Source of the DNA: Halomicrobium mukohataei DSM 12286
Lineage (GTDB): Archaea; Halobacteriota; Halobacteria; Halobacteriales; Haloarculaceae
Assembly (NCBI RefSeq): GCF_000023965.1
Contig: NC_013202.1
Span: 1,560,001 to 1,592,000 of the forward strand
DNA: 32,000 bases
Direction: 5' to 3'
The notes below the pieces were generated by a model, which was given only the letters and a program-made list of their open reading frames with translations, was not told the DNA's origin and made no database searches. This document shows, piece after piece, positions 26,557 to 32,000 of the stretch. Positions within the stretch are counted from its first letter, which is position 1; the number at the start of each line of letters is the position of its first letter. Both the position numbers and the translations under genes were made by a program.

Positions 26557-26640
26557 TATAGTAGCCATTGAAAATCAATGCACATCCGATCGCACGGCCG
26601 CAGTGCGATCGGTGTGTAAATCGTTTCAATTGTTACTATA
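26557..26640 (+). repeat. 84-bp palindromic MITE-like repeat, copy 3
   Basis: Same orientation as copy 2, 79/84 identical. The loop of the central hairpin differs (GGCCGCA versus GACGGCA). It lies 67 nt upstream of the usp start at 26490. Confidence 0.92.
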
Positions 26641-26812
26641 GCACCTCGTGTCTCTCCAGTCAGTGGCGTTACTCGACTGGTTCGGTCTCTGCGTTCTCAG
26701 CTCTCGCACAATGCTGTCGCGGCTTCCGTGCCGCGATAGTGCATGCAAGTTCGTTGCTGTGAGCACCCCGGCGACCGAGCGGTCCGGAGGACCCGGCAGG
26801 TCGCCGGGTTCA

Positions 26813-26849
26813 CCGCGAGCGTGCCGACGGCACGACTCGCGGCTTTTTT
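26813..26849 (+). terminator. GC-rich hairpin followed by T6 (intrinsic-terminator-like) on the plus strand
   Basis: A 13-bp stem pairs 26813-26825 with 26829-26842, with one bulged A at 26835 and a 3-nt loop. It is followed by C and TTTTTT (26844-26849). No annotated plus-strand gene lies upstream. Confidence 0.4.
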
Positions 26850-26907
26850 CATCGACGTTTTTGCGCGAGCGGTGCGCGAAGCGCACCCGAAGCGGAAAAA
26901 GGTCGGT

Positions 26908-27942
26908 TTAGAAAATATTGGCCTGCTGGTAGACGCTGATGCCCTCCATCGTGATCTCGTAGGGCTTGGTCTCGCGGGAGTGGTTGGCGTTGCGGATCTT
27001 CTGGATCTCGACGGCGAGGCGGGTCTCACGGGTTTCGGTGCGGACGTACTGGAGGACGAAGACGGCGTCGGTCAGGTACTCGATGATGCCGTGGCGCGAG
27101 GCGTAGGGGTTGTCCTCGCTGGCCTCGGAGGTGAGCATCGTCGTGACCCCGGCGTTTTTCAGCGAGCGGGTGAAGTCGAACACTTCCGTCCGGCGCTTGG
27201 CCTGGTCGTCGTACATCATCTCCAGCAAGGACACCGAGTCGAGCACGAGTCGGTCGGCGTCGAACTCCTCGATCAGCGCCGGGAGTTCGCCCCGGATGTT
27301 GTCGAGGCTGTTGGCCATCTCGACCGGGTCGAGGTCGACGATGGCCAGCTGGCCCGTCTCCTCGTAGTGTTCGAACTCCCAGCCCCGCTCCTCGGCGGTG
27401 GCGATGATGGCTTCACGGCTCTGTTCGAGCGTGATGAACACGGCGTTGTCGCCCTGTTGGAGGCCGTGGTGGAGAAACTGGAGGCCGAAGGTGGTCTTCC
27501 CGGTCCCGGCAGAGCCGATGGTGACGATGAGGTGGCGTTCGGGGATGCCTCCCTGGATCATCTGGTCGAGGCCGTCGATGCCGAGGTCGATCCGCGGGAT
27601 CTCGGACTCGAAGTCATCGTCCTCGAACCCCTCGGAGTCGTCGCCCGGGTCGCCGGCCGAGGCGAACGCCGACTCGAAGTCGTCGTCGAACAGCGAACCG
27701 TCGTCGTCTTCATCGAAGGGACCCGCCTCGTCGGTACCGCCGTCGAAGGGACCGTTCCCGACCGCTTCGTCCGGGGAGTCGTCCCGGTCGAAGGGGCTGT
27801 CGCTGTCGGTGTCTGCTTCGAAGGGGCTGTCGCTGTCGGTGTCTGCTTCGAAGGGGCTGTCGCTGTCGGCGGGTTCTGACTCGCCGTCGTCGTCGGACTC
27901 GTCGACGGCGCTCTCGAACCAGTCGTCGTCGTCTTCACTCAT
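26908..27942 (-). CDS. KaiC/RecA-superfamily ATPase (single KaiC-like domain) with a long acidic repeat-containing N-terminus
   Basis: 344 aa. Walker A is GSAGTGKTTF and Walker B is LVLDSVS, with KaiC-like GIDGLDQMIQGGIPE. The first ~115 aa are low-complexity acidic. Confidence 0.85.
   Translation of the reverse strand: MSEDDDDWFESAVDESDDDGESEPADSDSPFEADTDSDSPFEADTDSDSPFDRDDSPDEAVGNGPFDGGTDEAGPFDEDDDGSLFDDDFESAFASAGDPGDDSEGFEDDDFESEIPRIDLGIDGLDQMIQGGIPERHLIVTIGSAGTGKTTFGLQFLHHGLQQGDNAVFITLEQSREAIIATAEERGWEFEHYEETGQLAIVDLDPVEMANSLDNIRGELPALIEEFDADRLVLDSVSLLEMMYDDQAKRRTEVFDFTRSLKNAGVTTMLTSEASEDNPYASRHGIIEYLTDAVFVLQYVRTETRETRLAVEIQKIRNANHSRETKPYEITMEGISVYQQANIF
27788..27869 (-). repeat. 30-bp in-frame tandem repeat (2 perfect units plus a 22-nt partial unit) within the KaiC-like gene
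   Basis: TCGAAGGGGCTGTCGCTGTCGG starts at 27788, 27818 and 27848. On the minus strand it encodes DSDSPFEADT twice, then DSDSPFDRD. Confidence 0.9.
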
Positions 27943-28044
27943 GGCGTGATCGAGCCCCGGTGGCCGTCATACGCGCCCGTTTTTACCCGAACGGATTAAC
28001 CTTACCGCCGACGTTATCACCTGCGAACATTGGCGTGTGAACGG

Positions 28045-28052
28045 GTTTATGT
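28045..28052 (+). promoter_or_regulatory. TATA-box candidate for nadK
   Basis: GTTTATGT is centred about 29 nt upstream of the ATG at 28077. Confidence 0.35.
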
Positions 28053-28076
28053 ACGCGCCGCCGAAAACCCGGGACG

Positions 28077-28940
28077 ATGAAGGTCGGGATCGTCGCCCAG
28101 CGATCGAACCGACGGGCGACTGCGCTCGCGACGCGGCTGTTCGAACGACTGCACGACGGGGAGACGACGGTCGTCTTCGACGAGACGACGGCGGCCGCCC
28201 TGTCGGCCGACGAGAGCCGCTGGCTGGACGGGCAGACGGCGACGCCGACGGGCCGTGGCGTCGACCAGATGGACGGCTGTGATCTGGTGGTCAGCATCGG
28301 CGGCGACGGCACTTTCCTGTTTGCCGCACGGGGGGCCGGATCGACGCCGATCCTGGGCGTCAACCTCGGTGAGGTCGGCTTTCTGAACGCGGTCGCTCCC
28401 GACGAGGCGGTCGAGACCGTCGTCGAGGAGGTCCGCCGGATCCGTGAAACCGGGAGTGCGCGGACGCGCACGGTACCTCGGCTTCGGGCCACCGGTGACG
28501 ACTGGACGCTCCCGCCGGCCCTCAACGAGATCGTGATACAGGGATCACAGCGCGGTCACGGCGGCGGCGCGGGGTTCGAGGTTCGCGTGGACGGGTCGCT
28601 GTACACGAGCGGTCACGCGGACGGCGTGCTCGTCGCGACGCCGACGGGCTCGACGGCGTACAACCTCAGCGAGGACGGACCGCTGGTCCATCCCGGCGTC
28701 GACGGGCTCGTCGTCACCGAGATGGCGGGCGAGGAAGCGATGCCACCGCTGGTCGTCGACGACAGCAGCGAGATTACAGTCCGTATCGAAAGCGGTGCCG
28801 AGAGCGTCGTCGTCAGCGACGGCCGAGTGAGAGAGGCCGTCGCGCCACCGTCACAGGTGACTGTCGCTCGCGCGAGCGAGTCGGTCAAGATCGCCGGGCC
28901 ACAGCGTGACTTCTTCGCCGCGCTCGGGAAGTTGGCCTAG
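28077..28940 (+). CDS. nadK: NAD(+) kinase
   Basis: 287 aa with motifs [18 protein letters not shown] and [14 protein letters not shown]. Confidence 0.9.
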   Translation: MKVGIVAQRSNRRATALATRLFERLHDGETTVVFDETTAAALSADESRWLDGQTATPTGRGVDQMDGCDLVVSIGGDGTFLFAARGAGSTPILGVNLGEVGFLNAVAPDEAVETVVEEVRRIRETGSARTRTVPRLRATGDDWTLPPALNEIVIQGSQRGHGGGAGFEVRVDGSLYTSGHADGVLVATPTGSTAYNLSEDGPLVHPGVDGLVVTEMAGEEAMPPLVVDDSSEITVRIESGAESVVVSDGRVREAVAPPSQVTVARASESVKIAGPQRDFFAALGKLA

Positions 28941-29221
28941 CGGCGGCCGACGGAGTAGATGACGGGTGCGACGACGAGCAGTCCCAGTCCGACGAACTTG
29001 TACATCGCGATCGTCCCGAGCAGGCTGCCGGCGGCCGGTTCGAACATGCCACCGGGCAGGATCAGGAACAGCAGGCCAAACGAGAGGAGGTGGAGCCCGA
29101 GCGCCTTGTTCGACCGCTGCAGAAAGACCCCCACCGCACCGAGGACAGTCACCAGCAGCAACACGTCACCGAGGTTGTAGTTCAACAGGAAGCTGTCGAC
29201 GACTTGCAGTGGCGTGAACAT
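28937..29221 (-). CDS. small membrane protein, function unknown
   Basis: Start moved to the ATG at 29221 ([13 protein letters not shown]...). 94 aa with three hydrophobic helices. A strong TATA-like TTTAAAG lies on the minus strand at 29251-29257. Its stop overlaps the nadK stop (shared CTAG). Confidence 0.55.
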   Translation of the reverse strand: MFTPLQVVDSFLLNYNLGDVLLLVTVLGAVGVFLQRSNKALGLHLLSFGLLFLILPGGMFEPAAGSLLGTIAMYKFVGLGLLVVAPVIYSVGRR

Positions 29222-29390
29222 CCTTGTTCGGATTTTCGCCGTGAGGTAATCTTTAAACTTCCGTTCCGCGGGAGCCGGACGAGGCGGCCCTACGACGGCC
29301 GTCCGAGATTTTTTCAGGGAGATCGAGACAGAATCGAGCGAGGGCGGACGACAAACAAATATATGCACGCGGCTACCAACGTTGAACCTA

Positions 29391-29972
29391 GTGTCAGAGT
29401 CAACTGACGATGCCACCGTCCTCGTCGTCGACGACGAGAAAGAGGTCGCCGACGTGTACGCGCTGCGGCTGCGTGACGAGTTCGACACGGAGACGGCCTA
29501 CGGCGGCGAGGCGGCACTGGACGCCATCGGGGATGGTGAGGACATCGACGTGGTGTTGCTCGACCGGCGGATGCCGGGAGTCTCTGGTGACGAGGTCCTC
29601 CAGACCATCAGGGAACGCGGCGTCGACTGTCGAGTGATCATGATCACGGCGGTCGATCCGGACTTCGAGATCATCGACATGGCCTTCGACGACTACCTCT
29701 GTAAGCCGATCGAGAAAGACGACCTCGTCGCCGCGATCGAACAGCAGCTCACGGCGCGACGGTACGACGACCAGTTGACCCAGTATCTCGAAGCGACCTC
29801 GAAGCTCGCCCTGCTCGAAGCCGAGAAGACCGCACAGACGCTCGACGACAACGAAGACGTGGCCCAGCTACGAGACCGCATCGAAGCGCTGAAAGACGAG
29901 ATGGACGACACGCTCGGCGAGTTCGACGACATCGAGCGGGCGTTCAAAGAGATCGGCCGTCATCCGGGCTGA
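29391..29972 (+). CDS. response regulator with receiver and HalX domains
   Basis: The receiver has VLVVDDE ... DVVLLDRRMPGVSG ... CKP. The C-terminal coiled-coil is HalX-like. GTG at 29391 is preferred over TTG at 29382 because the TATA-like AAATATATG (29357-29365) lies about 30 nt upstream. Confidence 0.8.
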   Translation: MSESTDDATVLVVDDEKEVADVYALRLRDEFDTETAYGGEAALDAIGDGEDIDVVLLDRRMPGVSGDEVLQTIRERGVDCRVIMITAVDPDFEIIDMAFDDYLCKPIEKDDLVAAIEQQLTARRYDDQLTQYLEATSKLALLEAEKTAQTLDDNEDVAQLRDRIEALKDEMDDTLGEFDDIERAFKEIGRHPG

Positions 29973-30667
29973 TCGCGACGGCGGGGCGTGTAGACGAGAT
30001 AGCCGTCGTCGCCGCTCCCGGCCGTCCGGACTCTGAACGGTCGCGGGCCGTCGGCCGTCTCGCAGGTCACGACCGTATCGAGCCCCGCGCCGTCGGCGAC
30101 CGCCGTGACGACCTCGTCGGCGTCCTCGCCGGCCAGTACTGCCTCGGCCAGCGGTGCGTCGGCGACGGCGTCGGCCGGAACGTCGAACGTCTCGGCGTAG
30201 GCGGCGTTGGCGGCGCGGACGACCGGGCCGTGTCCGTCGTCGACGACGTACAGGACCGGATCGGGATGGTCGTCGAACAGGTCCGCGGGCGTCGGGGTGG
30301 GCCGTCGCGGTTCCCGTCCGACGGTCATCGTCTCGTCGACCGGCTCGCCGTCGCCCGTCGCGGCGTAGTTGGTCACGACGCCGATGCCGCCCCCGAGTGC
30401 GATACCCAGACCCACCGCGCCGGACATCGCGAGTGGGACGCCCAGGAACGCGACCGCGACGTAGCCGATCGCCGCCCCGGAGACAGCGCCGACGACGATA
30501 CCAGCGAGGAGTCCGCCGACGCCACGGAGCCGGCGTGTCCCGGCGGCGACCAGCACTGTCGCCACGGCGGTGTCCTGTGTGAACACACCGGTGACCGCGA
30601 GGGCGACACAGACGAGTGTGACGGCGCTCACCACCAGACGCTGACCGCGTACACCAACCCCCGTCAT
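29960..30667 (-). CDS. membrane-anchored protein with a C-terminal PAS-like domain and no output domain
   Basis: 235 aa, ATG at 30667. Gly/Ala-rich TM helices span aa 1-110, followed by about 110 aa resembling haloarchaeal PAS cores (DPVLYVVDDGHGPVVRAANAAYAETFDV...). Its 3' end overlaps the convergent response regulator by 13 nt. Confidence 0.55.
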   Translation of the reverse strand: MTGVGVRGQRLVVSAVTLVCVALAVTGVFTQDTAVATVLVAAGTRRLRGVGGLLAGIVVGAVSGAAIGYVAVAFLGVPLAMSGAVGLGIALGGGIGVVTNYAATGDGEPVDETMTVGREPRRPTPTPADLFDDHPDPVLYVVDDGHGPVVRAANAAYAETFDVPADAVADAPLAEAVLAGEDADEVVTAVADGAGLDTVVTCETADGPRPFRVRTAGSGDDGYLVYTPRRRDQPG

Positions 30668-30719
30668 CGTTTCGTCACTGATCGCCAGACGGTAAAACAG
30701 TGTCTCATCGACGCCGTGG

Positions 30720-31349
30720 TCAGGCGTCGTCTCGGAGCAGCGATTCCCGTACGTAGTCGTCGAAGGCAGCCAGCACTGCCTCCGAGGGGTCGTCGTCTCT
30801 GGTCGACTGTCGGAACGTCTGTCCGGCGACGAGCGTCGAGACGAACGTCGCGGTCTGTTCCGGGTCCACGTCCCTGAACACGCCGGACGCGACGCCGTTT
30901 TCGACGATCTCCGCGATCTGGTCCTCGAAGCTGCGGTCGACCTCGGTGAACTTCTCGCGGATCGTCTCGTCCTGGACGGCCTGTGCGCGCAGTTCGACGT
31001 AGGTGCCCAGCACTGTCGACGCGGGCGATTCCTCGGAGACCTTCTCGGCGGTCGTCGGGTCGAGAATGAGACGAACGAACGTCCGGAGGTTCGCTTCCGG
31101 ACCGTCGCCGGCCTCCAGTGAGAACACGCGGGTGAACTCCGCGAGGATGAAGTCGACGAACGAGGTCAACAGATCGTGTTTGTCGTCGTAGTGGTGGTAG
31201 AACGTCGACTTGCTCAGATCCGCCTCGTCGGCGATCCGCTGGATCGAGAGCCCGGCGTAGCCGTACTGCTTCAGCGCACAGTACGTCGCACGCATGATCG
31301 CCTCCCGCGAGTCGTCGGGGTCGCCCGGGAAGGGCGTCTCTGGAGCCAT
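30720..31349 (-). CDS. TetR/AcrR-family transcriptional regulator
   Basis: Start moved to the ATG at 31349 (MAPETPFPGDPDDSREAIMRATY). The HTH is GLSIQRIADEADLSKSTFYHHYDDKHDLL. 209 aa. Confidence 0.85.
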   Translation of the reverse strand: MAPETPFPGDPDDSREAIMRATYCALKQYGYAGLSIQRIADEADLSKSTFYHHYDDKHDLLTSFVDFILAEFTRVFSLEAGDGPEANLRTFVRLILDPTTAEKVSEESPASTVLGTYVELRAQAVQDETIREKFTEVDRSFEDQIAEIVENGVASGVFRDVDPEQTATFVSTLVAGQTFRQSTRDDDPSEAVLAAFDDYVRESLLRDDA

Positions 31350-31350
31350 A

Positions 31351-31370
31351 CCGAACGAATATTCGGTCGG
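31351..31370. promoter_or_regulatory. 20-bp near-perfect palindrome (operator candidate) abutting the tetR start
   Basis: CCGAACGAAT|ATTCGGTCGG has 9 of 10 positions complementary and contains the CGAACG half-site. Confidence 0.4.
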
Positions 31371-31418
31371 CTTGGTAAGGGTTTCGGTGGGTGCGACAGC
31401 GATAGATTGATATGATAC

Positions 31419-31432
31419 CGAACGTTCGTTCG
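31419..31432. promoter_or_regulatory. inverted repeat CGAACG-TT-CGTTCG (operator candidate)
   Basis: Perfect 6-bp arms, immediately downstream of the AT-rich GATAGATTGATATGATA. Confidence 0.45.
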
Positions 31433-31443
31433 ACACGAATGCC

Positions 31444-31457
31444 CGAACGATCGTTCG
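31444..31457. promoter_or_regulatory. perfect 14-bp palindrome CGAACGATCGTTCG (operator candidate)
   Basis: It has the same half-sites as 31419-31432, 25 bp further downstream. Confidence 0.45.
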
Positions 31458-31569
31458 AGAGCGCTCGGCTGCGAGCGTCGACCGACCGCCACGCCCTCTT
31501 TTGTGCTCTGTGGCGTGGATCGGCCCGCCGCGACACGGCACCTCGAACGGTCTGGCGGGCCAGAAACTC

Positions 31570-32000
31570 ATGAACGGACGCACCCTTCTTCCGATAGCCG
31601 TCGTTGTATTGCTCGTCACGTCGGGACTCGCCACGGCAGCGGTCACCGGCAGTCCCGATATCAGCGTTCACGTGGCCGACGACACCCTCGCACCCGGCGA
31701 GGAGTCGACGCTGGACGTCGTCCTCGTCAACAGCGGCGACCTCGACTCGGGGTCGGCGCGAAACCCCGCGCTCAACAGCGAGGTGACGACCGCTCGCGGA
31801 ACGACCGTCAGCGTCGACAACGGAAACGCTCCGCTGACCGTCGAGACGGGTGAGCAGGCCGTCGGGTCGCTTCCGGAGGGATCGACGCGCGAGCCGCTCC
31901 CGTTCAAAGTCTCCGTTCCGGACGACGCCGAACCCGGAACCTACGACGTGCAGGTCACCGTCGAGTACGACTACTACAGCTACGTCTCGGAGGCGTCGGG
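31570..32000 (+). CDS. secreted/cell-surface protein, partial (runs off the window)
   Basis: ATG at 31570. The signal peptide is MNGRTLLPIAVVVLLVTSGLATAAV. A beta-rich acidic domain follows (APGEESTLDVVLVNSG ... AEPGTYDVQVTVEYDY), resembling CARDB / S-layer-like folds. No stop codon occurs before 32000, so it is absent from the ORF track. Confidence 0.7.
   Translation, partial: MNGRTLLPIAVVVLLVTSGLATAAVTGSPDISVHVADDTLAPGEESTLDVVLVNSGDLDSGSARNPALNSEVTTARGTTVSVDNGNAPLTVETGEQAVGSLPEGSTREPLPFKVSVPDDAEPGTYDVQVTVEYDYYSYVSEAS

Noticed and set aside
16147-26640. Copies 2 and 3 of the 84-bp repeat are in direct orientation. They bracket a 10.3-kb block containing nurA, the peptidase, the GT2 island, herA and two usp genes. 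I considered whether this is a composite mobile unit.
   Set aside because: The block has no transposase or integrase, and most of it has native composition and housekeeping-type genes. I could not identify matching target duplications outside the two copies. It remains worth checking for an empty site in relatives.
26641-26907. I considered whether the structured spacer is SRP (7S) RNA or RNase P RNA.
   Set aside because: I could not find the conserved SRP helix-8 or RNase P CR-I/CR-V core sequences, and the region is shorter than either RNA. I keep it only as a generic small-RNA or terminator candidate.
27788-27869. A short perfect direct repeat array was considered as a mini-CRISPR or other non-coding array.
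   Set aside because: The units are directly tandem with no spacers. They are in frame within the KaiC-like CDS and translate to a repeated acidic peptide.

Overview
I read this window as a haloarchaeal (class Halobacteria) chromosome. Spot counts give about two-thirds G+C, the predicted proteins are strongly acidic, TATA-like boxes sit 22-33 nt upstream of start codons (leaderless style), and the gene content is typical: Htr-type transducer, HalX response regulator, SAMP ending in GG, GatD, PdxS and a KaiC-like ATPase. I support about 31 CDS, mostly housekeeping or signalling genes. I found no rRNA, tRNA, CRISPR array, transposase or integrase. Five things stand out. (1) A ~2.6 kb low-GC island (about 20745-23410) has one gene, an atypical polytopic GT2 synthase with the D,D,D,QxxRW signature and a non-halophilic amino-acid composition. 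(2) This island, plus two minus-strand genes, separates a co-oriented NurA nuclease gene from a HerA-type ATPase gene. (3) An 84-bp palindromic MITE-like repeat occurs three times (437-520, 16147-16230, 26557-26640). (4) A 60-bp palindromic element (20223-20282) has a diverged copy at the left edge of the GT2 cassette, and its flank reappears at the right edge, which resembles a filled-site/empty-site signature. (5) The TetR divergent promoter carries an array of CGAACG-N2-CGTTCG palindromes. All functional calls rest on motifs I recognise by eye; no database search was possible. Several start codons were moved inward from the longest ORF in the supplied track.
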